A stretch of DNA of 63,581 nucleotides, the filler included, from Octopus bimaculoides (taxonomy: Eukaryota), in NCBI RefSeq assembly GCF_001194135.2. It is 4 parts of 4 records of this genome, joined end to end, with 100 filler letters (N's around TTAATTAATTAA, not from the genome) between each part and the next. Parts side by side here need not be neighbours in the genome. Positions count along the whole stretch, not along the records: positions 23,327 to 52,867 come from NC_068998.1; positions 52,968 to 57,914 come from NC_068993.1; positions 58,015 to 63,581 come from NC_068981.1; 1 more part is not named here. One strand, 5' to 3'. The position numbers and the translations under genes are program-made. The notes below the pieces were generated by a model. It had not been told where the DNA came from. It made no database searches and saw only the letters and a program-made list of their open reading frames with translations. Shown here one piece after another: positions 50,981-63,581 of the stretch (the first letter of the stretch is position 1; each line of letters starts with the position of its first letter).

Positions 50981-51869
50981 ACCGTAAAAGAGACGATGAG
51001 CACTGTGAGCGGAACGATACGCAAGCGTTAGCAGTTGCGGACCACAGAACAATTCAAAGAGAGAAACAAACACAACAAATGCGAATGACGAACGCACACA
51101 CAGACACAAAATATGGCATTGTATTATCTCGTCCCATCAACATTCTCTTTTCTCCGTTTTCACTTCGACGACACGAAGTAGTTGGCTACAAAATGAATGG
51201 AACTGTGACCAAATATTCCAAGAAGAAGAAGAAGAAGAAGACAATCAGCTACAATGCCTTGAAGTGAGGAACCAGGCCAGGAATTTTTCAGATCGATTAT
51301 TGAATTAAAACAACTCTTTTACTTGACTAGTTCTCCATGACACTCTATTTTATCGGCCTTGGTAGAATTTGAAATCAAACTGTTAAGAACTGGAAGCATT
51401 GCGGTGCAGGATTTTGTTCATCGTTCGAAAGATTTTTTTAAATTCCTTTCTCCAGCAACAAGAAATTTTAAAACCAGTGATTATTCGGATTATACAGAAT
51501 TTATTGCGCGTATTTAATTATCTCTAAGAGTTTCGCTTGCATTCGGATTAGAATTAATTTCATATCATAGCTACTTTATATGGAGACGTTTCTCTTTATG
51601 AATATTAATGCTTGGACAATGATATCGGTCGTCATACCTAAATACGTACATCATCGCCATCGTCCTTGTCTCGTTGTCGTTGTCGTCGGAGTCGGCGTTT
51701 GTGACGTCATAGTCGTCGTCGTTGTTTTCTTCTTCATCATCAGCAGCAGCTGCAGTATTCTAATTATCATCAATAGTCATTATTACCGTGATATTAATGA
51801 TGATGATGATGATGATGACGACGACAATGATGCCGATGATTATGATAACGATGATGATGATTACAGTAA

Positions 51870-52195
<326 letters not shown>

Positions 52196-52808
52196 TAAGA
52201 ACTCCGTGATACATAAAATAATTAAAACATGCAAACTCTACGCATTTCGTTCCACATATTCTATAGTCAAATCCAAATTCTAATCCCGCCTCTTGTTGTA
52301 AGGGGATGGTTATCTCCCATAACCAAAGAGCAGCACATGTATTTAGATCGTCTTCATCATCAATGACATTCCTTCAATCTCACTATAACTAATCGACTCA
52401 ATTAATAAATGGTTCCATATCACAAAACCTAAAGTCGATTAGTAATTGACACGATTTGACAGTAATAATTATCTCAGCCTTGTCTGTACGAATAAAGCAA
52501 TTCCGTTACCTGGACCTCTGGAAAACAGCTGGCATAATTCGCTTTTGCCGCCCACGTTCCATTAGGATGGCAGTGACGAGTCACATTTTCTGAAATAATA
52601 ATGTAATTAACTTCAGGCTTTGAATGATATTTGATTAGAATAAGTCAATTAATGACGTTAATAATCGTCAGACATTTTGTCTGCTTGTCTGTCTGTTCGT
52701 CAGTGTGTTCGAAATCCTGTGTTTTCATGTTCCTTTCTCTCACTTGCTCAATCTAGCCATGCATATCTGTCTTCTCCCGTTCCTCTCTCTCCTTTCTCTC
52801 TATCTCTT

Positions 52809-52867
<59 letters not shown>

Positions 52868-52967
52868 NNNNNNNNNNNNNNNNNNNNNNNNNNNNNNNNN
52901 NNNNNNNNNNNTTAATTAATTAANNNNNNNNNNNNNNNNNNNNNNNNNNNNNNNNNNNNNNNNNNNN
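52868..52967. other. Assembly gap with synthetic TTAATTAATTAA linker
   Basis: 44 N + 12 nt + 44 N. Confidence 0.95.
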
Positions 52968-53029
52968 TGTGTGTGTGTGTGTGTGTGTATGCATATATAT
53001 ATACATATATGCATACATACTTACATATA

Positions 53030-53278
53030 TTCTTTTATTCTTTTATTTGTTTCAATCATTTGACTGCAGCCATGTTGGAGCACCGCCTTTAGTCAAGCAA
53101 ATCGACCCCAGGACTTATACTTTGTAAGCCTAGTACTTATTCTATCGGTTACTTTGGCAGAACCAGCTTCGGTCGTCAAGCGATGTTGGCCGGCAAACAC
53201 TGACACACAAACATATACACGCACATACATACATACATACATACATACATACATACATACATACATACATACATACGT
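53030..53278 (-). mobile_element. SINE family B, 3' half
   Basis: catttgactgcagccatgttggagcaccgcctttagtc...gtaagcctagtacttattctatcgg, ending in (TACA)n. Confidence 0.88.
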
Positions 53279-53366
53279 AAAAGGGAATTCACAAAAAAAA
53301 AGACGAAGACAGGTGGTGTAGACAACAAACAGATGTATAAGTTTAAGGCTCGGGAAGTGAAAAAGT

Positions 53367-53402
53367 CTTTAACGTTTCGAGCCTACGCTCTCCCACAGAA
53401 AG
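53367..53402 (-). ncRNA. Family H3 minimal hammerhead-like relic (core CUGUGGG-A)
   Basis: Minus strand: CUUU-CUGUGGGA-GAGC-guag-GCUC-GAAAC-GUU-AAAG. Stems I and II are 4 bp each, stem III is the palindrome ACGU. A6 and A9 are substituted. Confidence 0.55.
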
Positions 53403-53568
53403 GAACACAGAAAGAAACAAGGAAAGAAACAGGGAGAGAAAATAAAGAATGTGTAGTAGCTAGCAATCTATCACGGTGAATGCCGGACAAAGGAGTCACA
53501 AAGGAGAGCTAGGAAGAAGGGGAGATAATAAAGAAGTGGTGATCCCAAAACGAAGGTGCGCGTGCGAA

Positions 53569-54168
53569 CGGATTGTGACTTGTAATGAAAAGTGGATTCT
53601 TTACGACAACCGGCGACGCTCAGCTCAGTGGTTGGGCGCCGACAAAGCTCCATGGCACTTCTCGAAGCCAAAGCTGTACCAAAAGAAGGTCATGGTGACT
53701 GTTTGGTGGTCTGCGGCCGGTCTCATCCATCACAGCGTTTTGGATCCAGGCGAAACCAGTACTGTCAGCAAATGGATGAAATGCATAAGAAACGTCGACA
53801 ACAACAGCCAGCATTGGTCAATAGAAAAGGACCAATTCTTCTCCACGACAAAGCTCGGCCGCACGTCGCACAACTGACCCTGCAGAAGTTGAACGAATTG
53901 GGCTACGAAACTCTGCCTCATCCGCCTACCGACTACCACTTTTTTAAGCATCTCGATAACTTCCTGCGTGAGAAATGCTCTCAAAACCAAGACGATGCCA
54001 AAACGCAGGATTTTTACGCTACTGACATAAATAAACTTATTTCGCGTTGGCAAAAGTGTGTTGATTTTGATGTTGTTTATTTCGATTGATAAAGTCTTGT
54101 TTGAGCCGAGATATGTGCATCTGAATTTAAAGGTTAAAAACCGCAAGAACTTACTTGACAACCTAATA
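53569..54168 (+). pseudogene. Mariner (DD34D) transposase catalytic-domain fragment plus right TIR
   Basis: RIVTCNEKWILYDN...KKVMVTVWWS...GET, frameshift, then LLHDKARPH...LPHPP(YSPDL deleted)TDYHFF...RWQKCV...YFD*. TIR aaaaaccgcaag...caacctaa plus TA ends at 54168. Confidence 0.93.
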
Positions 54169-54861
54169 GATAGAGCGAAGAGAATAGATATGTATGTTAG
54201 AAGAAGAAAGGTATTGGTCAAAAGGAATAGGGGAGGGATAGAAGGAAGAGATAAGAATGTAAGGTAGGAATATGTGTAAGAAGTAAGAGGCAGGGGATAT
54301 GTTTGAAAGGCACTAAGGTGGAGAGATAAGTGAAGAAAATGGTACGGAGGAGTGTACAGAAAGTGAGCAGTAAACTCACACACACACATGTATATATATA
54401 AGTATATAAATAATTATACACAAAGAGAAAGAAGTGAACAAGTCGTCTTATTACATAAAGTTACAAGCGTCTCATCAGTGTTCGACTTCAAGTGGGTTGC
54501 TATATTATTATATAATTTATGCACTATGCCTTAAAGATTTTATACATGACACTGAAGAGTCGACGTTTGATTGTATCAATTTCCAAATTACCGCGAGAAG
54601 CTGTTGTTGCATATATTATTATATAATATAGGAATTCACTTGAGATCGAATGTCAATGAAAAAAATTGTACATTTAGACAATAAAAGGATTTGTTCGACC
54701 CAATCGCTTTGTGAATAATTAAACTCTGCGAATATTTAAGGATTTTCAGATATATGATCTTTAAAACAATCGATCTTCGATTTGAATTCATATTGATAGC
54801 CTGAACCCTGGATGAGCTTAATAACGTTAACTTTAGGGTCAACACCAGGATGAAATTTATA

Positions 54862-54892
<31 letters not shown>

Positions 54893-55103
54893 AATACATA
54901 CATACATACATAATGCATACAAACATACGTACGTACATACACACATACATACACATACATAAATACATACATATACATGTATGTATATCATTATACAGTT
55001 TTATTTCAAGATTTCTTGCCAATAGAGAAAGAGCCGGTTTCTAGCCTATATCCAAGGCTCCTTCATTGGAATTTCAACATCAACAACAGTATATTTTTCT
55101 ATG

Positions 55104-55137
<34 letters not shown>

Positions 55138-55654
55138 TGTATGTATGTATGTATGTATGTATGTATACACAGAGTGAGAGAGAGAGAGAAAGGAGTGTGT
55201 GAGAGAGAGATGACTGCGTACATATTCATGTGTATGTTTGTCATGTATGTGTATATATATATATACATATATGAGTGTGTGTGTGTGTATGTGTGTGTAT
55301 ATGTACATATGTATGCGTGTGTGTATACATATATATATATACACATTAATATATGTGTATATATATATGTATGCATATATATATATATAAACATACATAA
55401 TATACATATACACATGCACATATATATGTATGTATGTTGTTCGTAATATTACCATTCGTTACCCAGGGACAAGTGTAGATTAATAGTCGAGATATTCTAA
55501 TGGTGAGCTGATAGAACACATCAACCGGAAACTACCACTGGAGAATGGATGGAAACCGTTTAAAATAAAGAATCATAAGAAAGAATCCTATTTACACCAC
55601 ACACATATAATCCTCACTAACTCTGTTATACACTCACCATACACTCACACACTT

Positions 55655-55694
<40 letters not shown>

Positions 55695-56113
55695 GCGCGC
55701 GCCTACGTACAAAAGTGCGCACGAAAAAAAAAAATATATATATACACACATACACATGCACATACACATACACGTACACACACTCGAGATTCCCAAATTC
55801 CTCGTTTTTCATAATTCTAACGTCTCTAATTGAAAGAAATAACTGTAGTTCTGACGGATTTAACAACGAAAGTCTTGGAATATTTTTGTTTCTCACTTCA
55901 GAATTCCTCAAATGAAGCAGGATTTGGGGGCATCTCTGAGGCTCGTAGTATATTTTATCATATTTTTATCTTACTTATATTTAATTTTTAAACAAAGTGA
56001 TTTATCTTCTTTTCATGGCTACGAAATATCCTCAGAGCTACATTTAGATATATACACATGTAGACACAGATACACATGCATACATACATACATACATACA
56101 TACATATGTATTC

Positions 56114-56159
<46 letters not shown>

Positions 56160-56273
56160 ATATCTATCTATAAGTATAATATAAGCATTCATGCAATCGT
56201 GCATACATACATATGTGTGTGTGTGTGTGTGTATACCATGTATGGATGAAAGGAATCCGCAGACATGCAGCCT

Positions 56274-56705
56274 ATGAGAAGTAGCCAATATCTGCTCATT
56301 CTGAACTTCCATAAAGCGGACTGGAAATCGATTGAGAAAGAGATCGTCCAACAAGATTGACCTCAATGTCTCTCCACATCTGACATCAACATGAAACTCA
56401 AAAACATCCTGTCCGTAATGCAAACTACAAGCTTGAAGTTTGTCCCAGAGTGTAAGGACATTGTACATAAAAACAGAATTCTCTGGGCGAAGAAATTTCT
56501 TACATGACGCGTACAACGATTGCAAAACGTCTGAACAGAGAATTCAATGGCAGCAAAAAATCCCGTCTGAAAACGACACCGCTGGAGATTGAGAAAAATC
56601 AGAAATGCTACCATGAAAAAGAAAGAGCAGACAAAGAAGCCTGGGTTCTAAAAGATATAAAATCACACCCTAAAGCCTTATTTTAATACGCCAAAGAAAT
56701 TGCAA
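56274..56705 (+). pseudogene. CR1/L2-like LINE ORF2 fragment (endonuclease-RT linker)
   Basis: LNFHKADWKSI...(stops and frameshift)...EAWVLKDIKSHPKALF*YAK, matching the F.KA.W and IK.NPK.F..Y motifs. Confidence 0.7.
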
Positions 56706-56775
56706 GTTTTATACTCAAATATAATTTTAATCTTAACATATATGCGTATATATATATATATGTACATATATATGC

Positions 56776-56818
<43 letters not shown>

Positions 56819-57373
56819 CCTCTTTCTTTTCTCTCGACCCCTTTTGATCGAACTCCCCCCTTTTTCCCTTCCTACGATCCCTTTTGATCGACACACCCCT
56901 ATTTTTTTCTCCTTCCCCCTCCCNNNNNNNNNNNNNNNNNNNNNNNNNNNNNNNNNNNNNNNNNNNNNNNNNNNNNNNNNNNNNNNNNNNNNNNNNNNNN
57001 NNNNNNNNNNNNNNNNNNNNNNNNNNNNNNNNNNNNNNNNNNNNNNNNNNNNNNNNNNNNNNNNNNNNNNNNNNNNNNNNNNNNNNNNNNNNNNNNNNNN
57101 NNNNNNNNNNNNNNNNNNNNNNNNNNNNNNNNNNNNNNNNNNNNNNNNNNNNNNNNNNNNNNNNNNNNNNNNNNNNNNNNNNNNNNNNNNNNNNNNNNNN
57201 NNNNNNNNNNNNNNNNNNNNNNNNNNNNNNNNNNNNNNNNNNNNNNNNNNNNNNNNNNNNNNNNNNNNNNNNNNNNNNNNNNNNNNNNNNNNNNNNNNNN
57301 NNNNNNNNNNNNNNNNNNNNNNNNNNNNNNNNNNNNNNNNNNNNNNNNNNNNNNNNNNNNNNNNNNNNNNNNN

Positions 57374-57441
<68 letters not shown>

Positions 57442-57679
57442 CGAGAGAGACATAGATAGATATATAGTGGTTGTGACATAAAAATGTACCCAGTGCATAC
57501 TGAAAATTATAGGCGATAGGGGTACATCAAGGTGTATATTTATTGTTCTTAGTAAAATGTGAAGATCGCATATGATAACATGAAAAGGCAAACGTTGATA
57601 AGAAAGATAAAACTGGAACACGATCGTCTTTTCAATACCAACATTGTATTCATACAGACATACACACACGGAGTCTCTG

Positions 57680-57710
<31 letters not shown>

Positions 57711-57914
57711 GTCTGTCTGTCTCTCTCTCTCTCTCCCTCTCTCCCTCTCTTTCTCTCTTTCTTTCACTCTTTCTCGCTCTCTCTCTCTCTTTCTCTCTCA
57801 CACACATACATACACACACACGAATAATTACAAAACCTGGTATCATATTTAATTACACGAGTGCACCCGATCACGCGCAAGCGTGCGTGTATTTATGTGA
57901 GTGTGTGTGTATAT

Positions 57915-58014
57915 NNNNNNNNNNNNNNNNNNNNNNNNNNNNNNNNNNNNNNNNNNNNTTAATTAATTAANNNNNNNNNNNNNNNNNNNNNNNNNNNNNN
58001 NNNNNNNNNNNNNN
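57915..58014. other. Assembly gap with synthetic TTAATTAATTAA linker
   Basis: 44 N + 12 nt + 44 N. Confidence 0.95.
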
Positions 58015-58977
58015 ATATATATATATATATATACGTATACGTATACGTATACATCAGTATAAACGAATGTTTTTGTACGTCTATGCATATATGTATCTAC
58101 ATGTGTAGCTCGGTTCTTGCATGTGCATGAAGAGTACACTATCTATAGATTTTACATTTACAAATTATATCATAATATAAAAAAATAGGGATAATCATTT
58201 TGACGTAAATTTGGACATAATAAATATTAAAAATTACCCCCAAAATCAGTTACAGTTGATAACTTGTAACGAGAAGCTCATTCTTTAATGTGCGTATACT
58301 GAAATATGAAGTGTAACATCGACACAGTAAGACCTGCAAAACCGAAACAATTACTCAATAAAAAATGGCGGTTAGATTAAAAGGAAGAGATTGATTTCAG
58401 TTTCTACCATCAACAATTAAATTGCACACTGGAATAGGTTTGTTTAATGTAATTCTAATTTGCACTTGGACACTTTTCATCTTTTGCAAAAACAAATAAT
58501 ATTGAGAATTCATATGACAGAATATGATTTTAATGTACTCTTGTGTAAAATTATTTCTTTAACAGTTTATAATGTGATATATTTTATACAATATATTGAA
58601 TTTTAGTTGTTGATGATACCCTTGAGGGAATTTTAATTATTATTCGTTCAATGTGTATAGCAGATAATATAATTGTCTGTTAATTTCGTAGCATCGCTGT
58701 CATACGTGCATGGAAGTAATATTCCTTGCCGTATTATGTTTCACACTAAAACATTAATGGAGCAATCAGATAATCTTCATCACTAGTTGTAACACCAAAG
58801 CCCTTATCCAAACACCCTTCAAATATTCAGTATTTTTATAGCATTTCTAGTGTATTCAAACGGGTAAGGAAACGGTATCGTTCATACTAGACACATTAAC
58901 AAAACAAATTTCAAGTAATAAATTAGAGTATTTCATTAAGTGCACATAAAGAACACGAGATATTGTAAAAATAATGG

Positions 58978-59020
58978 TATACCACAATTCAGGGTAGACT
59001 CTACCCTGAATTGCGGCATA
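58978..59020. repeat. 20-bp-arm hairpin with 3-nt loop
   Basis: tataccacaattcagggtag-act-ctaccctgaattgcggcata; the inner 13 bp are perfect. Confidence 0.9.
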
Positions 59021-59082
59021 ATATGGACAGATTTCGGAGTACCGATGAACGTTTATGTAAATATATCAACTTAAAGGATAAA

Positions 59083-59118
59083 GATATTACAATGTATATT
59101 ACAATGGATATTACAATG
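59083..59118. repeat. 12-bp tandem repeat, three units
   Basis: (g/t)atattacaatg three times. Confidence 0.9.
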
Positions 59119-59385
59119 GACAATATCAAGTGGACTCTCACTTTTTTTCTTCGTGACTTCTTTGTGATATAATACTTGGGAACGAATATATTTGTTGCTG
59201 AAGATAGCTTTATACCATCCTGTATATCAATTATATACCAATATAATGATGCAACGACTATAAAGCTTGAAACACGTGTAGCACGGAATCCTTTGTGTTC
59301 TGTCCTTATTTTTACGTTTTTAATTTATTCTCTCATCCCGGGCACGATCTGGCATATACAGGTGCTTGCAATTATCAATATATTA

Positions 59386-59518
<133 letters not shown>

Positions 59519-60947
59519 CGAGCAAACGCCCCTCGTCCATTGGACGGTTTGTATAGGTGAATAGGGCTAATTTGGACGGTGTTAAGTTGTGCGCATGTTT
59601 GGTGATTGTATGGGGTAGCTACATTTGGTTAGGACATCAAAGATTCCTGAAACGTTAAATCTGATGACTGTTTCTTCTAAATTAGGAAAATTGATTGATA
59701 GTGAAATTTAATACAGTGAATCTTTTCGAAATGAAGAAAGCTCTTCAGCCCATAATATATACAACTTCGATTGGAATCATACATCATAATTAACAGAAAA
59801 CATTTTGCACTGAAGCACTTTAACATTAGAATAAACACAATGTACTCCTCTATAGTACCTACCTCATATAAGTCAGACTGACCGCTGTTTTATCTCAAAA
59901 GTGAATACTGCAAGTGATATTTAAGCAATAAAAACGGTTCTTTAGCTTTTACATTTGACAACTGTTGATTTACGTATTTCATTTTGATTTTTACTGGCGT
60001 AGTAACATTAGTTTCGAATAGGAATATAAATGAAATATTTAATCACACGATGGACAGGCAAACAGAAGCTGCTACTGAATAAAGGCACAAAAATGCTTAG
60101 GGAAGTCTCCCTTTTCTCAGAAACTAGCACAAAGAGAGGTAAAACTCTGGGGTAAAATAACGCAATGGGCAATAAAATAACATAATGCATGTTCTTTGCA
60201 AATCAATTTTATCTCAAAAATTTGAACAATAGCGCTTATTTTTTTAGGTTGGATGAGAAACGTTATGCAAGGTTTTAGATGCAACCCTCCAAATATTTCA
60301 CATTTTATAATAAATCAATTAGTATTTTCTACTTTCAATTGAATTTCACCAGTTATTTATTTTGTTTATTTTCACGTTTTTGCTTACTTAAAGTAACTGC
60401 TTTTTTCCTACTAGTTTTTTTTAATGTCAGCTGGTTTATTGCACGAAAAACAACCGTAAGAACACATTTGACCGCGAATGCACGTGATTGATTACAGTTA
60501 ATTAAAGTTAGAGTGATATCGACTTTTTTAGCCTGTTACAAATGTGTGAAAACGCAGAAATGAATACAGTCATATGTGGTCTAATATTTAAATCAAAATA
60601 CGATTGTATTTACAAATAGCAAGCTTTATTTACATATATCTGTCATTTAATTATGAAAATGTAGAAATGAATTGTTTAGAACGTCGGTTAATGAACAGGA
60701 TGGCAGAAGAAACAGGATAAAATGTAATGTAAACAGTTCGATTGGCAGAAAGGCAAACTATACGAATCTACGTGTTAAATTGGTGTGAGATTACCTGGGG
60801 CAAGTGGAAGGCTATCCAATAAAAATCAAAGATGGTCGGTTTCAAAGTAGGGCATTTTTGGAAGAGTAACAGTATTCTAATGGGAAGAGTAAGTAATCAC
60901 TCACAGAAAAGACTAACCTTAAAGGGCTTTCGACTCCATGGAAATAT

Positions 60948-61505
60948 CTATTGGAGGGCTGCCTTGTATACGACATTCCTTGACAACCCTCCGGGAGCAT
61001 AGTATATTAGATTGGCTGCGTTTCCAACTCTCAAACACCCTACATACAGCTGCCCGTATGAAAAACATGGAGTGCTTAGGTCCAGCCCAACCACTGTAAG
61101 TGACTGCCCCTGGGATTGTTGATGGTCATGGCAAAGCTTAGAAGTTCGGAGAACTGTAATTTGATATCTAAATAATTAACATTTCTTTGGCTTTTGCATT
61201 TGACGACTGCTGCGTTAAATGTCTTATTTCGATTTTCACTGTCTTAGTGGAAAAAACAAAGGGGTACATAACAGTAGTTCCGAATAAAAATAAAATTGGA
61301 ATTTTTAATTGTCCGATGGACGTGCAATTATTAGAAAAATAGCGATTCTCACTTTGCAACTGACAATTTTGAAAATCGTTTTACATTATGGAATCTCCCG
61401 CGCTCTTATGTATCCATGTTTAAAATTTCAGTGTGATCGGTTAGACAATACTCAAGTTACAAGCGCACAATAAATAGACAGACAGAACGGGATTTATATA
61501 TTAGA
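60948..61505 (-). mobile_element. Internally deleted Helitron: 5' TC terminus joined to the helicase C-terminus
   Basis: Minus strand starts TCTAATATATAAATCCCGTTCTGTCTGTC at 61505. 61160-60948 translates LQFSELLSFAMTIN(fs)SQGQSLTVVGLDLSTPCFSYGQLYVGCLRVG...NVVYKAALQ* (PIF1 motifs V-VI). Confidence 0.8.
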
Positions 61506-61559
61506 CATATAATCGAATTCAGAGATGAGGATAGAGAAAGAGACAGAGAGAGGAAATAA

Positions 61560-61800
61560 TAGAGACAACATTGCGACGGTTTGGGCTGACTATCATCCTG
61601 TACTCACCTCGTTGCTATGGAAATGGCATGTGCCGGCTGTCTGAGCAGCTCGTTGCTTTTAATGAACAGGATGGTGGAAGAAACAGGACAAAAAAATTAC
61701 AAAAATAGCTTAAACTTTTATTGCGATCGAATGAACAATACTCGAGTTATAAGAACACAGAAAACAGACAGAATGGGATATATATAAATATATATATATA
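61560..61800 (-). mobile_element. Second short Helitron-family copy
   Basis: 61715-61800 is colinear with 61435-61500, and the 35-bp block at 61659-61693 matches 60688-60722. Confidence 0.6.
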
Positions 61801-63381
61801 TATATANNNNNNNNNNNNNNNNNNNNNNNNNNNNNNNNNNNNNNNNNNNNNNNNNNNNNNNNNNNNNNNNNNNNNNNNNNNNNNNNNNNNNNNNNNNNNN
61901 NNNNNNNNNNNNNNNNNNNNNNNNNNNNNNNNNNNNNNNNNNNNNNNNNNNNNNNNNNNNNNNNNNNNNNNNNNNNNNNNNNNNNNNNNNNNNNNNNNNN
62001 NNNNNNNNNNNNNNNNNNNNNNNNNNNNNNNNNNNNNNNNNNNNNNNNNNNNNNNNNNNNNNNNNNNNNNNNNNNNNNNNNNNNNNNNNNNNNNNNNNNN
62101 NNNNNNNNNNNNNNNNNNNNNNNNNNNNNNNNNNNNNNNNNNNNNNNNNNNNNNNNNNNNNNNNNNNNNNNNNNNNNNNNNNNNNNNNNNNNNNNNNNNN
62201 NNNNNNNNNNNNNNNNNNNNNNNNNNNNNNNNNNNNNNNNNNNNNNNNNNNNNNNNNNNNNNNNNNNNNNNNNNNNNNNNNNNNNNNNNNNNNNNNNNNN
62301 NNNNNNNNNNNNNNNNNNNNNNNNNNNNNNNNNNNNNNNNNNNNNNNNNNNNNNNNNNNNNNNNNNNNNNNNNNNNNNNNNNNNNNNNNNNNNNNNNNNN
62401 NNNNNNNNNNNNNNNNNNNNNNNNNNNNNNNNNNNNNNNNNNNNNNNNNNNNNNNNNNNNNNNNNNNNNNNNNNNNNNNNNNNNNNNNNNNNNNNNNNNN
62501 NNNNNNNNNNNNNNNNNNNNNNNNNNNNNNNNNNNNNNNNNNNNNNNNNNNNNNNNNNNNNNNNNNNNNNNNAGAGAGAGAGAGAGAGAGATTACAGACA
62601 GGTAGAGTAAGTAGTGACGTAAATGTAAGGAAACGCAAGTTAAGCAAGTTGATAAGAATATTAAATACATTTAATAACAAGAAATGTACATCAGTACACC
62701 AAAAATTAAAATGGTCGAGTAACGGTTTTAAGAGTCCAACAGCTGTTTCTGTTGGCTTCATGATCCAAAATGATGATTGTAACTTGATTTCATCATCTGT
62801 TACCAACACCTTCCCTGTTCAGAAAAGAAGTTTACATTTGAGGTGTTGGCAGAATGGAACATAGAAATGGAATAATTTTGTGGAGAACTAAGTGTATTAG
62901 GAAGAGGAGTTGTGTGGTGTTTTGATAGATAATAGTAGGAGGAGAAAATGAATTTTGGGGTTAGTGTGAGGTTTATAATGAGAACAGTAATAATAGTATA
63001 GGTTGTAGTTGGACGAAAAGGTGGTTGTAGGTACTATGTGAATGATGACCTTCGTGTTAGTTTCTATGAAGGCAATAGAGTTAAAGGTCGAAATAATGAA
63101 AAGGGATGGCTATTATTTGAGGAAAATGAGTTGACTGGTTCAGCTTCTAAGGTGGGTTAGAAGGTGGTGAAAAGTAATTCTTAATGGGACAAAGGGATTA
63201 GGTTGGTATTAGAGGTGGGGTTTTATGGTAAAGAGAAATATAAATTTGAATATAAAGGCGTGGGTAGCGAGGGGTGGAAGGAGGTTTGATAGCTTTCAAA
63301 GGAATGGGGTATTGTTGAATACCTTTTGAGGTTGGGGACTGTGGAGGAGTTAAGAGAGAAGTGGGAAGTCGTTGGTTTGAA

Positions 63382-63453
63382 GCCAGTTTAGCTTAATGGT
63401 AAAGTACTTGACGCGTAATCATAGGGATGTGAGTTCGAGTCTCATGGCTGGCC
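63382..63453 (+). tRNA. tRNA-Thr(CGT)-like pseudogene or SINE head
   Basis: Cloverleaf: acceptor GCCAGTT/GGCTGGC, D stem GCTT/AAGT, T arm GTGAG-TTCGAGT-CTCAT, anticodon CGT at 63414-63416. The anticodon stem has two mismatches and position 33 is G. A T5 run follows at 63463-63467. Confidence 0.6.
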
Positions 63454-63581
63454 GGTAGCGTATTTTTCTGCAATGTATGGATAATTTATACTGATCACGT
63501 TATTTATTAGCATTATCACGCGTTGGAGAATAAAAAAATATTTCTCTATCTTATCTTATATATATATATATATATATATAT

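Overview
This is an AT-rich eukaryotic window saturated with microsatellites and repeats. About 20 N-gaps cover roughly 8-9 kb, most of them opening at (TA)n tracts, and three contain a synthetic TTAATTAATTAA linker. The SINE families, microsatellite load and gap style suggest a cephalopod (octopus-like) short-read assembly; this is inference, not shown by the sequence. I find no intact protein-coding gene, rRNA or CRISPR array. Recognisable content is about 25 copies of three tRNA-derived SINE families (A, B, C), plus decayed fragments of mariner transposons, Helitron helicases, a CR1/L2-like LINE, an RTE-like 3' end, two R4/Dong-like elements abutting (AAT)n, and the start of a Penelope-like (PLE) ORF. 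The most interesting signal is a set of minimal type-I hammerhead-ribozyme folds in three unrelated short repeat families (216-258, 2586-2632 and 29828-29873, 53367-53402). All have an extra A before stem II and a palindromic stem III that can only pair between two molecules, the known hallmark of PLE-associated dimeric hammerheads. One family joins a tRNA-like Pol III head, an (AAT)n spacer and the hammerhead, making it a SINE/retrozyme hybrid. One copy of it has a fold-back 5' end and another has lost the ribozyme by a microhomology deletion. Activity is untested and several cores carry substitutions.
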